DNA of 64,000 nt, from assembly GCA_964106915.2 (NCBI GenBank), contig OZ066924.1. The stretch is one strand, 5' to 3'. Source of the DNA: Podarcis gaigeae. Lineage: Eukaryota. This document shows positions 1 through 23,611 of this stretch, one piece after another. The notes under the pieces are model-generated. The model ran no database searches, had not been told where the DNA came from, and saw only the letters and a program-made list of their open reading frames with translations. Both the position numbers and the translations under genes were made by a program. Every line of letters starts with the position of its first letter. Within the stretch, counting starts at the first letter, position 1.

Positions 1-330
1 AAAAGTTAATGTATATTATGACTTTTTCCGATCTACTGTTAGTGCACATAATAGACACATTTTTGTATGCAGTGTTGCCTAATGTACATATTTATTCAAG
101 CAGTGTCTGTGATATTAGGATTTTTTTGTATGCTCCTTTCACTCACCTATGGATTTGATGCACACTTCTAATGTGTGCTCATTTTTGGGTTGGAAAGCTT
201 CATCACAAAATTGGGAGAAGTGTGAATTTTGAAGGACAGTTGCATTTCAGTCTGCATATTGCTTTGGGAAGTACGAATTATGTAGGCTTCCATTAAATTG
301 TGAACTGAACTGAATTTCTCCCCGTCCCTA
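1..330. mobile_element. Degenerate non-autonomous DNA transposon fragment (right end)
   Basis: Resembles a recalled common lizard MITE ending ...gaatttctcccc(g/a)tcccta; no partner TIR in the window. Confidence 0.4.
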
Positions 331-637
331 ATATTTACTGAGCGTAAGCTGGGATTTTACAGCATTAATTCTGACGTTTCTTACTTCCTATCAGTTTTCT
401 AGGAGAACCCTCAGCACCATAGCATTGGATTATTACAGAGAGGAAATCAGGCTCCTAGATCTCAGACTAATTTCTAGCAACACTATCAGTCTCAAATTAT
501 TATTGTCCTTCAGCCGCCTTAGAGGAGGAAGGGGAAACCCAACTGAGTGATCTGAAGTTGTTGATTGTATTGGTATCATTTAACTTGCATTGTGATTCTG
601 TACGTATTTATTTTTGGTTTCTGTATTTGTGATAAAG

Positions 638-12150
<11,513 letters not shown>

Positions 12151-13745
12151 AACCTCCACTCCTTAGCTCCACTTCATGAATGATTCACTTCCATTCATGC
12201 ACTTATACATCTGAACATACTTCGCTTTCTGAGAGCTTTAAAGAGAGACAATGACTTTTTCAAAAGTACCAAAAACTACCGAGGACAGAAACCTCTGAGT
12301 CCTTCCATCCTGTCCAAGACTACAGAATGGCCCTTTGACTTTACCGTGGCCAAAGCTTTTGACTACAATGCCAATCATGGTTACTGTAACTTCCATATAA
12401 CCTCAGTTTAAAGTATACTGGTGCTCAAGAGGTCAGCATATGGCACAAAATGTGAGCTACTTTTTTCCTATTAGCAGTCTAGCACGTTGGGTATTTTGCT
12501 ATAGTTCCTAAATTAAAAAAATAGAGATTTTATTTATTTTTAATGCAGTAATATATGAGAATTTAGCAAACTACGTTAACACAAAAAAAGGAAGACACAC
12601 CTGTTTTTCCTTGAGATTTTATGAATTTGAACTATTACAGGTAAGAGGTTCTTCTTTTCAAAAAAAGAGAAACCAAGATTCCCCCCCCCCCCCAAAAAAG
12701 TGTCCTTTCACTATTGTGCCAGTCATCCCACAAAGCATAAAGGCAGGCAGTTCTTTAAAATATCATGAAGGCGAATGAGCACTGCATTACATTTCCAGAG
12801 GGTCAAAACATCCTTCCCCCTCCACGTAGGATATTTAAGCCATGGCTTATCATCAGTGACTGTGATCAGAATTTCAGAAACCATAAGCCTCAATACTAAT
12901 GCTTATGTTACTGCCCTGAGGACTAGATTCCATTTCAGAAATTACTAATAATGGAAGGTGGCACTCAACCACTGTAGCAAAATACCTGGACTGCTTGTGG
13001 TACCAATTGCAGGCCAAACCGTACTGTATTTTCTCCTGATAACCTCAATGTCACACAACACCTCATTCACCACAAACTAAAGGTGCTCTACATACTTGCA
13101 TTACCGTGGGCAGCTGAAAACAAACCTTATATTCTTAGAAGGGAACACCTGATGCCTCATTGTGTATAGTTCTGGCTTGGATTAATGCTGAAATAAATAT
13201 GACCGAGCTGCTTCAGGGCTGCCATATGTGTACACTATTCATGCTGCACAGAGAAAAGAAAGAAAAAATGCATATTTGAAACCAATTAAGAATTTTCATT
13301 AATACTGTAGTTATACACAATATGCCTCATTTTATCATAGCCTATTTTATAAGAATTACTTTTGTACAACAAGTTGGCATTTAGTTTACTTTTAGTATTT
13401 TTAAAAAAATGTTGTGCCATTATGTTTTAATAAGTGTATGTCACCATGGTGCTAACAAACAACAGCTGGTACCTGTAATATGCAATGTAAAAGGACCTCA
13501 CATCTGAAACAACCCAAAGCACATGCCAAATCTGGGTTTTTTTTCCAGGCATCTACCTGTGCTGACCAAAGATTAGCAACACGTTACACACACTGTTTGC
13601 ATTCACTTTGTATTTTCTTTATGGAAGTAAGAAAACATTGTAAATTACAATTTTGTTTTGAGAAAAGGGGGTATTGTTTTGTAAGCCTTTGTACTAATAC
13701 AACACCACCTTTCCTGCAATAAAACCTATTTTCTGGTAACTGCCT
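12151..13745 (+). other. FBN2: FBN2 3' UTR (end approximate)
   Basis: Follows the stop codon; AT-rich, free of recognisable repeats; AATAAA at 13192-13197 and 13718-13723. Confidence 0.7.
13718..13723 (+). terminator. Probable FBN2 polyadenylation signal (alternative proximal AATAAA at 13192-13197)
   Basis: AATAAA followed by T/GT-rich sequence (ttgctttgt). Confidence 0.6.
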
Positions 13746-14466
13746 TGCTTTGTCCAAGCATTTGGAGAAAAATGCCTACTAACTGAAGGGAAATAATGAA
13801 AGTACCCAGATCTCTTTCCTCATCACCCAAAGTATTTTTGACCTACTAAAAAAAAAAATCAGCAGCTTTTCCCGCAATTCTCACCTTTAGTGGGGCTGTG
13901 CAGGAAATGTCCCTGGTGCTATGTTATTTAAAAAGCCAATGTTCAATAGTTTTGAATATTGCATTTGAAGAATTACATTTCTCCCTTGTGTATCTGTATA
14001 CCGCTGCTGCATCACACCACAGGCCCATTGATTCCAACATCCTATTCTCACAGTGATCAGCCAAACACCATTAGGAAGCCCACAAGCCAGCAGGAGGAGG
14101 ACCACAAAAGACAGAAGGCTGTGCTTGAGAACATTTGAGTCAATGTATTTCTTCATCATCAGTTCTGCTCTTTCCAGAGGAAAAGAGATCCTTCTATTCT
14201 TTTACAAAGCCGTTCCTACCTAGGCTTCTTTTCCTATCATGAATTAAACATCATAGAGTACACCCACTGAAATTAATGGACACAATCAGCCAAGTTCCAT
14301 CAAATTCAATGAGAATACCCTTCAGTACAACTCACTTGGCTACAGTCCCGTTTCATTAGTTTAATTCCCTGTTTCAGCCAATTCTCTCCTGCCCTTTGCT
14401 GGTCATTATTAGGTAGTCAGTTAATGATTCAGCAAGACCTTCTCTCCTGTGCTGAATAGCTTAGAG

Positions 14467-15293
14467 CAGGAGTCGGCAAACTATGGCCCCTGGGCCGGAT
14501 CAGGCCTGCCTGGGTCCTGTAGGTGGCCCGCCTGGCCATTTAAGAACCCGCCAAGAAGCCAAGACTCCCAGCGATGGTGATTGGAGGAAGAGGCCAAGCA
14601 GCAGCAGCTCTGCCAATCAAACGCACCTGGTTTACCTCAGCGGCATTTGATTGGCAGAGCCGCTGCCGCTTGGCCTCTTCCTCCCGCCACCGTTGTCACT
14701 CTGGTGCTCCTGTGGACCAGAGAGCGGAGCAGATGAGCTCGCTTTTCCTACCCGCTTCACGAGAAGAAAGAGCGGTGGTGGTGGCAGTGGCAGCCCCTGG
14801 GAAGGTAAGTGCAGTGCCCTCTTAAGGCAGGGAGGAAGCCTGTTTTGCGCCACCGCCGCCAGCCCTTCAGCGAATGAGGCACACGGCAAACCAAGAAGGC
14901 AGCTGGGGGGTGGGAAGGACTACTTGCCCCCCACCTCTTCTTCCAGCTCCCCCTCCCATGCTGCTTTCTCTGGAGCCACCATCCCTGCTTCGCCATGGCC
15001 GTGCTCTGCATATTGAACTTGCTGCTCTTTTCTCCGTGGAGCGATTGTGGGTCTGTGTGTGTGTGTGTTGGGGGGTGGCAGGTGGGTAAGCTTGCCTGTC
15101 AGTCCTTCCCCACCCTGCTTTAATGCACACTATTTTATTTTATTTATTTTATTACACCTGCCCTTCCCCTGCCCCATTCTTCCCAGTGTGCATAGGAATT
15201 CGTTCACCCCCCCAAAAAAAATATATAGTCCGCCCCCCCAAGGTCTGAGGGACAGTGGACCGGCCCCCTGCTGAAAAGGTTTGCTGACCCCTG
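14467..15293. mobile_element. Non-autonomous hAT transposon (827 bp)
   Basis: TIRs CAGGAGTCGGCAAAC / GTTTGCTGACCCCTG; perfect 8-bp TSD GCTTAGAG (14459-14466, 15294-15301). Confidence 0.92.
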
Positions 15294-15324
15294 GCTTAGA
15301 GGCACAATTTTAACAAGGTCCCCA

Positions 15325-15493
15325 CAGTGGCGTAGCGTGGGTTGTCAGCACCCGGGGCAAGGCAAGTAATTTGTGCCCCCTAACCCATGGATTTGCGCCC
15401 CCTAACCCGTGGATTTGCGCCCCCTAACCCTAACCCCCAGATGTTGTGCCCGGTGCGGCCGGCCCCCCCTGCACCCCCCACGCTATGCCACTG
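15325..15493. mobile_element. hAT MITE (169 bp) with internal 22-bp tandem repeat
   Basis: TIRs CAGTGGCGTAGCGTGGG / CCCACGCTATGCCACTG; perfect 8-bp TSD GGTCCCCA. Confidence 0.92.
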
Positions 15494-16926
15494 GGTCCCC
15501 AGTGTGGAGAGGCAAGGACGATTTAATCCACCATTACTCAGTGCTGCAGTCCCAGTCCTGGTTGGAGCCTGCCATACTGCAGCTGTTGAAAACAAGCTCA
15601 CGTCTCGTCAGATTATCTAACACAATGTGTAGTTTGGCCCTGAGAATTCAGAAGGGTTTACAGATTGAGGGCATATCTCCCAAACAGATGAATGCACCAG
15701 CACCTCTATAAGCACTGACTCCACCTTTATTGTAAACGAATTACAACAGAAAAGCAGTTTTCCTTCCACACACAAAATCCACTTATCCAATAAATCTTCA
15801 CACAAAAAACAGCAAAGAGTCTTGTGGCATTTTAAAGACAAATGAAAACAGCTAATCTCTTGGAAATTGTCACAAAAACAGTTGGTAAAATAAATACCCC
15901 TTTCATGTTTTAAGCAAGTTCCGCTTCCTTATTCTGCCATCTCCTTTATGACTTAACTAGGGCTCAGCCTAGAAGTAATATGGAAACTGTCTGAGCAGTC
16001 TCTTTGTTATATCAGACAAATTATGGCAAAGTATGGAAAACAATAAACATAAATAGGCGGTGCTGGGCGGAAATGAAACTTTCTATTATGGACACAACCA
16101 AAATGATATTTTTCCGAAGTTATTATTTTTATTCCAAACCCTACCAGTGTGGATCCCACCAACCCACATGTCCAATTGGCAAAGAAAAATTAATACATTT
16201 GTATTTCAATCAAATAGAACACGCATTTTAAAAATCCCTGCTGTATCAGCACCCAACTGTTGGAGGATGGGGACTTCCAAACTTAAGCAGCTATTATAAT
16301 GCATGTCACTAAGCAGTATGATAGCCCTAATGTCTGGTAATGAGGGAATCCAATGGAATAAGCTGCAGAATGTGGAAGTAGACAGTATTCTTATGTAAGT
16401 AATACCTCTTTTAAAAGATAAACTAAATTTCCTACACAGATTCAAAAACCCATTTACTTACACAACTTTTAAAATTTGGACAATATGGGCAAATCTCTTT
16501 GTCCCAGGCACATCACTCATAATGCCAATAGAGTTTTACCCAATGCTTACAAATAAATATAAAACCTATAAAAAACCTACTAATAAATATAAAATCTTTA
16601 ACATAGAAGGGTGGAAAGAAAAACAATAATACGACCTGAAATATTTTTACAAAAACGGAACGCCGCTTACCATTAATGACATACAAACCCAATTGGGAAA
16701 TCCTCAAATACTGTGACTATTAGGATACCCACTAAGGGGATTTCTAATAAACTCTTAAGATTAAAACTGAAGCCACAAGACAATTAACGTCATATGGGAA
16801 AAAAATAGTAGAAGAAAATATAGCAACAAACGGATTAATATCACCACCCTGTATAAAACAACTATAGAGGCAAATTTCCCTCCCCAGAATAATATGAGAG
16901 AATGGTGGGGATCAAATTGGGATTTA

Positions 16927-17432
16927 GAATCCAGAATGCGGCAGCTAGACTGGTGACTGGGAGTGACCACCGAGACCACATAACACCGGTCCTGAAAGAC
17001 CTACACTGGCTCCCAGTACATTTCCGAGCACAATTCAAAGTGTTGGTGCTGACCTTTAATGGCCTAAATGGCCTCGTCTTAGTATATCTGAAGGAGCATC
17101 TCCACCCCCATTGCTCAGCCCGGACACTAAGGTCCAGCTCCGAGGGCCTTCTGGTGGTTCTCTCATGGCGAGAAGTGAGGTTACAGGGAACCAGGCAGAA
17201 GGCCTTCTCGGTAGTGGCACCCGCCCTGTGAAATGCCCTCCCATCAGATGTCAACGAAATAAACAACTATCTGACTTTTATAAGACATCTGAAGGCAGCC
17301 CTGTATCGGGAAGTTTTTCATTTTTGATGTTTTATTGTGTTTTTAATATTCTGTTGGGAGCCGCCTAGAGTGGCTGGGGAAGCCCAGTCAAATGGGCGGG
17401 GTATAAATATTAATAAAAGTAAGTAGTAGTAG
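16927..17432 (+). mobile_element. L2 LINE 3' fragment
   Basis: ORF IQNAAARLVTG...HITPVLKDLHWLPV...FSVVAPAL is typical of the L2 ORF2 C-terminus; tail gggcggggtataaat. Confidence 0.88.
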
Positions 17433-18610
17433 TTGCACTTGAAGACATTTGTGTGTATCTTCACAATTTAAATGTCTGTTCACTTCAACACAGACACAAG
17501 GCATGCCAATTCCAATTGTTTTTGTGGACAGACACCCCTAACCTTGAGGAATGTGCCACATCTGCATAGCCACTCCATTCGCCTGTCAGTAAGACACCCA
17601 TTAACCTGGCAACAGACAATAATTATCCCAAACACACCCCAGCTACTGACGAAGAAAACCCCAATGTGGAATTATATAGGATTAGTAATTTTGATGTACA
17701 AATAATAGGCTTTCAGCTCTTCTTTCTTCCCATCTTGATTAGTGACAGGAAGGACATTAGCTTAGAACATTTCTGGGGAAGGAAAAATGTTCTTTTCAGT
17801 TCTCATTTCCTCTTTCCATACTGATCAAAGGAATACTGCACTGCTTTGTTTTCCTTTATGTCCTATTGTTATCGAAGAGATAGAAGAATATATCTCAGTT
17901 ATTGGGTTTTTGTAAGTTTTATCCTATGTGATAAACAGTTGCCTGTATCTTTCTTCCAGTGTTTTCTTTTAAGAAATATACAGGTAACTGTTTATCACAT
18001 GCACTTTCAATTAACTGGAAAAAAGCCAAGAAACTGAAACAAATGAAACTAATTTTTTTTTATATCCCTGATACCTACATTTATTCACGAAGTTGTTGGG
18101 AGGTATAACAGCTACTGAACAAATTAATATTAAGAGAGTCAATACAGCAATATATCATTCAATTATTTCTTTGGCAGTCAATTTAAGCAAACTCATTGCA
18201 CCGTTGCTTCTAGCAAACAGATCTGTCCATTTTGTTTCAAAATGTCAAGATGAGTCGAGTTTTTAAAAAGTAAATAAACAAGCCACACTGTGTGCGTGTG
18301 TCAACTCTACCCCCCCCACACACACGTGGTCAGCAAAACTGCTTTCAATTCTCTTACTGCTCTGCTCCCATCTTGCAAAGCACAATGATTCGACACAACT
18401 TCAAGAGAAACACTCAACAGGTGCTATGAAGAGTTGTGACTTGATCATCTTTGGGGGGCGGGGAAGAGGTGCTTATTTTTCGGATAGGATATTTTTCAGG
18501 GATGGCGAGTTGCGTACATAGGAATAACACGGTACCTTTCAAGCTCTTCCCAGTTATTTTGAGTTTTGCGTGAGGAAGCAGAAAGTGAAATGAGGGAAGG
18601 AGGCAGGAAA

Positions 18611-18624
18611 GTGTGTGTATGTGT

Positions 18625-18657
<33 letters not shown>
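18611..18657. repeat. (GT)n microsatellite
   Basis: Direct read. Confidence 0.95.
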
Positions 18658-18840
18658 CATGCGCTTATGAACAGAGACTGGGGCTTTGGAGTTTGCAGTG
18701 CCTCCCTTTCTCAGTGCCTTCCCCTCCAAATAAAACAGTTCATGACACCCCACTCCACCTCTGCCTCCTTCAGAGTCCCAGCAAAGCAAATAGGAGCACC
18801 AAGTCCCCCCAAAATAATTTGTATTTGCCCTCCTCAAATA

Positions 18841-19040
18841 GAGTGGTACCTTGGTTTGCAACTGTTTTGGATCACAACCGTGTCAAACCCGGAAGTGTGT
18901 ATCCCTTTTTTTGGATTACAATCCCCCTTTTTGGGGGGGGATTACAACCTATTATCATTATTTTTTTGAGGCCCCATTGGCAAAAGCGAACCTTGGGTTA
19001 CAACCTGTTTTGGTTTACAACCGAACCTCCAGAACGGATT
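18841..19040. mobile_element. Truncated Tigger-like MITE (left TIR only)
   Basis: ta|GAGTGGTACCTT; shares gaggccccatt and acctccRgaacg motifs with the 2546 element. Confidence 0.65.
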
Positions 19041-19221
19041 AGGGCCTTCTCGGTGGTGGCGCCCGCCCTGTGGAACGCGCTCCCATCAGATGCCAAGGAA
19101 ATAAGCAGCTATCCTATTTTTAAAAGACATCTGAAGGAAAGTTTTTAATATTTAACGCTTGATTGGGGCCGCCCAGAGTGGCTTGGGAAACTCAGCCAGA
19201 TAGGCAGGGTATAAATAATAA

Positions 19222-19258
<37 letters not shown>

Positions 19259-19290
19259 TCTGCTACTACTACTACTACTGCTACCACCAC
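19041..19290 (+). mobile_element. L2 LINE 3' end with (ATT)n/(CTA)n tail
   Basis: Closely similar to 17200-17410 (gccttctcggtggtggc...ccatcagatg). Confidence 0.85.
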
Positions 19291-19873
19291 TAGATTTCTT
19301 TAATAGCCTTTCCCTTCTAGAATATTCTGTCTGGCCACAAGGTGGCACTCAATGACCTGCAAATTAATAATGTTTTACTGCTATTCTGTCAAACGCCTAA
19401 CTCCATACTACTTCCCGTTTCTGGTTCTATTTCCTAATGCTGAGGACAGTGTACTGGCGATGCAGTTTCTTTGCACCTGTGCCATTCAAAATGGTAGGTA
19501 CAGGGAGAACTACATAAGCAGGAAGGCAGAGGCTAAAAGGAATAAAATTATCACCAGCCTTGTGCCTTTTCAGTTATTTTGGAAAGTATAGGGTTAGGGT
19601 TATGCCACATTACAAATTTCAGAGACAACTGAGCTTCTTCTGGCAAAGTTGTTGAGCTTGCAAAATCTTGAAAAGTGAAGATTTTTACCTATCTTTTAGG
19701 AAACCTGCCCAAAATTAAACACCTCACTAATGAACGCCTGCCTCCCTTGTTCTCTTAGAAGGGCAATGGTGCCCACCGTTGTGGTACTGGAACTGAGTTC
19801 CGGAGGGTTCCGGCTGCAAAAAAAACCCTGCGTACAAGTTGTAGCTGCAGGAAGCAAGCTAACTGCAACAAAA

Positions 19874-19919
19874 CTTTGTAGCTGAAGAAGTGTGCATGCA
19901 CACGAAAGCTCATACCAAG
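19874..19919 (+). ncRNA. Minimal type I hammerhead ribozyme motif (Penelope-type)
   Basis: CUGAAGA core 19882-19888, stem II GUGUGC-AU-GCACAC, GAAA 19904-19907, then GCUC; imperfect stem I. Confidence 0.6.
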
Positions 19920-19972
19920 AACTAACTTAGTTGGTCTTTAAGGTGCTACTGGAAGGAATTTTTTTATTTTGT
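19874..19972 (+). mobile_element. Penelope-like element pLTR fragment (99 bp)
   Basis: ctgaagaagtgtgcatgcacacgaaagctc...ttagttggtctttaaggtgctactgg motif; 10-bp flanking direct repeat TGCAACAAAA (19864-19873, 19973-19982). Confidence 0.75.
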
Positions 19973-21839
19973 TGCAACAAAAGAGAGCTTAGCAAATGAA
20001 TGCCCTTTTCCTTTCTTATCCCATTGTCAAACAGAGAGTAACAGCCCCACTTTTTATTTTGAGAGGAGGAGGAGCAGCAGCCGCCTCAAGAGACGAGGGA
20101 ACCTGGAAGTTGCCCCCCCTCTCCATTTTGTTCTTACCTCAAGACCAGGCCTCAAGGATGCCATCCAGTCCTTGCCGCACTCCGATCCTGCCCCTCATCA
20201 GTGGCATGGCTTGCTCACGGAAAAACAACACTGCCACACCTCTCTTCCATTTTGCTTTTACCTGAGGGGGTAAAAACCAGCCTCAGGGCAGCCATCAATC
20301 TCTCCTATCCTGCACTTCATAAGCAGGGAGAGTTGCTTGCTCAGGAGAGAGGGACACAGAAGAACTGCCTTTTTCTTCCATTTTCTTTTTCTCTGAGAAA
20401 AAACCAGGGCCTAAGTACAGTCATTCTGTCCCATTCAAATGGCACACCTTGTGAGGAGAAGAGGAAATGGCTTTTTGTGTGGAAAAGGGAGCCACAGCTG
20501 CCTTTCTCTCTCTCCAGTAATGCAGTCAGGTTTCAGCTGTGTCCTTTAACCACCTGAGAGACACCAGCTTCTTAGGAGTAAAGCCAATTATTTCAAACAG
20601 CTGCTTTCTTTTCACACTGCACTAGGTGCCAGAGGTTCCCACCACCAAGGATCAACCTTCAACTTGCCAAGAGAACCATTTACTGTATACTTTCTTTACC
20701 AAACCTACTGGGCCTCAGAATTGCTATTGGTCATTTCCTAAGAGGAAGGGACCAGCCATCTTTCTCCCATGCAGCTGTTCTGCCTCCAAAGGGAAAAGGT
20801 ACATTACATTAAAGCAAGAATTACAGTTTGCAAATAGCATCTTGTGGCTTTTTGCTAAGCCGGCATGGCTTACGGGTGGTGTCATCTTTAAAAGCAGCTT
20901 TCTTTATTGCAGCTACAGATAAGACCTATCTTATCTACTTAATTGGTGTGGAGACCATTTGATAGATGCTCAACAAACTTCCCGTTTCATCTGAAATATT
21001 GTCCTTTTTGCTAACTGTAATGAAATGAATGGCTATATTCATTTGGCTTGCATTTTAATGCATGCTCCATTACCGAGTTCTAAATGGGGCTTTGTTTTGT
21101 GGTCTTCGGTTGTAAACAAAACGAAGTGTGGAGAGGCTTAAAAATGTTATTTAAGTCCCTTGGCAAAGATTCCCATGAAGCCTTAGTTGTCATGCGGTTA
21201 AAAGGGCAGGTCCTCTCATGTACTGGTAAATAGTTAGAAGGGGATGGGGAACAGAGGCTTGGAAAATTGTTTGGAGAACAATACCACGCTTACCCATGAT
21301 ATGTATTTGTAATGGTGTTTCTAGAAGCAAATAAATAACAGACAGATTAGATACAGTTATCTAAAGTAGAGAAAGAGGTCCAGTGCAAGTGTCCAGAAGT
21401 GCTCACTGGACAAGAGGAAAAATCCTAACTTTATATACACACAAATATATACAAAACTGGCTATAGGTGCTGAATCTTTAAAGTGCAATTAAGCCGTTTA
21501 ATAACATGAAAGATTAGACAGCGGATTAAATCTCTTTATCAGTTATTAACAGCATAGAGAATTTGCCTAGATAAGCACTTGAGAGAATCTGCGTTACCCA
21601 ATGCAAAAAGCTTTTGGGATATTAAGCAAAACCCCACCACCCATTTCATTCACAGCTTACAAGGTTTATTGCTACCTGAAAATATGGTTATCAGCATAAC
21701 TGGATGTTAAAACAATTTATCTGGGAAAATATCAGTAAGAATCCATATGTAGAAATGACACCTGCATTAGGAAGTACCCCTTCAGTTAGTAAATCCTAAG
21801 AACAAAGAAGTGATGCCTATTTTCTTTTTGTCTTACCTG

Positions 21840-21886
21840 TGATATTCCTCCAGGGTCATCTGATATTCCCGCAGGGTCATCTGATA
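21840..21886. repeat. 21-bp tandem repeat, 2.2 copies (tgatattccYScagggtcatc)
   Basis: Direct read. Confidence 0.85.
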
Positions 21887-22023
21887 GTGACTTGAGGTGG
21901 TGTGCAAATTTTGGAATCGGGAAATGTGTTCCTGAATGGGGTTAATTTCTGATTAACTTTACACAACCCAAGACATGGACTAGGCTTATAAATGCCCTTG
22001 GCTTATCCAGAATACTACTACTA

Positions 22024-23240
22024 ATTATTATTATTATTATGTATTAAACTTGTATACCCTTCAACCAAAGATCCCAGGGTGGTTCACAACAGAAAAATAC
22101 AAAATGGGAGTACAAAATACACAATAGAACAAACCAATAACCCAGTCTCCCACAAACACATTTAAAAAGCCACAGAATGTTAATCAGCTGAACACCTGGT
22201 TGAAATGTTTTTGCCTGGCATGTAAGGATAAATGATAGATGTAAAATAAAGGCGCCAGGTGAGCCTCTGATGCCTAAACCCAGTGGAAGCTTCAATGTGG
22301 AGTTCCCATGAAGAGCATTTGACAAACGGGGAGCCAACACAGAAAAGACCTGTTCTCATGTTGCCACCCTCCTCTCGCAGAAGCTGCACAAAAAAGACTC
22401 AGATGATGATCACAGGGTCTGGGTCAGTTCATATGGGGAGAGGTGGTCCTTAAGGTATCCTGAGCCATTTTGGGCTTTATAGGTCAAAAACAGCACTTTG
22501 AATCAGGCCCAGAAACTGATTTGCAACCAGGGCAGCCGGGCAGGATTGGTGTGATATTCTCAAGCCATCTTGCTCCAGTGAGCAACCTGGCCACCAAATT
22601 CTGCCCCAGCTAAAGTTTCTGAACCAAATTCAGAGGCAGCCCCATGTATAACAACATGTTGCAGTAATTTAACCTAGAGGTTATCAGAGCCTAGGCAACA
22701 GAAATTAACTATCCCTGTCTAGATAGGGGTGCAGCTGGGAACTCTGCGCAACTGAGGCCACCCGAGTCTCAAGCCACACAGCAAAGGATCCAGAAGTTCT
22801 CCTGTTCCTTCAGAGGGAGTATAACCCCACCAAAATCAGGCAACTTCCCATCCATCCAGTGTAGAGAACCAGGCCTAAACTCTGATTGAAATGGGTATAC
22901 TAAATCAGTTTCTTCCAAGAGTGCCTGGTTCAGGTCTGCGACCACCCACTCAAGAACTTGGCCCAAGGAGGAGCTGGCTGGTAATTACTTAGGCATTCTG
23001 AATCCATGGAGAATTTCTTGGTTTTGTTTTACCAATGCCTTCTTCAAGCAGGCAGGGTCCAACCACCCGCTCTCACAAGGAGGCAGTAATCACCTGCATG
23101 GCCCAGCCAGCTGTCTCCTCGCTGCTGGTTTTTTAATCAGCCAAGAGGGGCAAGGGTCCAAGGAAAAGTGGTCACCCTGACTGATCCAAGCCCTTTGTCT
23201 ACATCCTCAAGCCTTACTAACTGAAACTCATCCAATACAA
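22024..23240 (-). mobile_element. Degenerate L2 LINE (RT region to 3' tail)
   Basis: Minus-strand peptide QVLEWVVA...LEETDLVYPFQSEFRPG (L2 RT-like); reverse L2 tail with (att)n. Confidence 0.78.
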
Positions 23241-23248
23241 CAGGACTA

Positions 23249-23462
23249 CAGTCGTACCTCATTATGTGGCCGTTCCAGAGCCCCGGCTGCTAGCCGAAAA
23301 GGACACAGGGCAAAGCGCCACATCTGCACATGCGCAAAGCACAATTTAGTGCATGCGCGAGCAGCAAACCCAGAAGTAACATGTTCCAGTACTTCCAGGT
23401 TTGCTACGGACGTTCACCGGAATGGATGCTAGAGAAGGCAGACGTTTGTGGGGGTATTACTG
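23249..23462. mobile_element. Old Tigger-like MITE
   Basis: ta|CAGTCGTACCTC ... GGGGTATTACTG|ta; degenerate TIRs with TA flanks. Confidence 0.6.
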
Positions 23463-23611
23463 TAGACAGTGCTTTGGGCACCCCTTGAGATTAATCTGCT
23501 GCAATAAGTCAAGATCCCAGTGGATGCAAGTGATTTTGTCTTCAAATTGCTTTGCAGACAAGTCATAGTGAGCTGCTGTCGGTTCTACCACCTCCTTTGG
23601 TCCAGACTGTA

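Noticed and set aside
15420-15440. True interstitial telomere array
   Set aside because: Only about 2.5 contiguous CCCTAA units, inside a MITE.
14574-20922. Intergenic ORFs of 60-177 aa as novel genes
   Set aside because: They overlap transposons or microsatellites or lack domain and splice support; consistent with chance ORFs.
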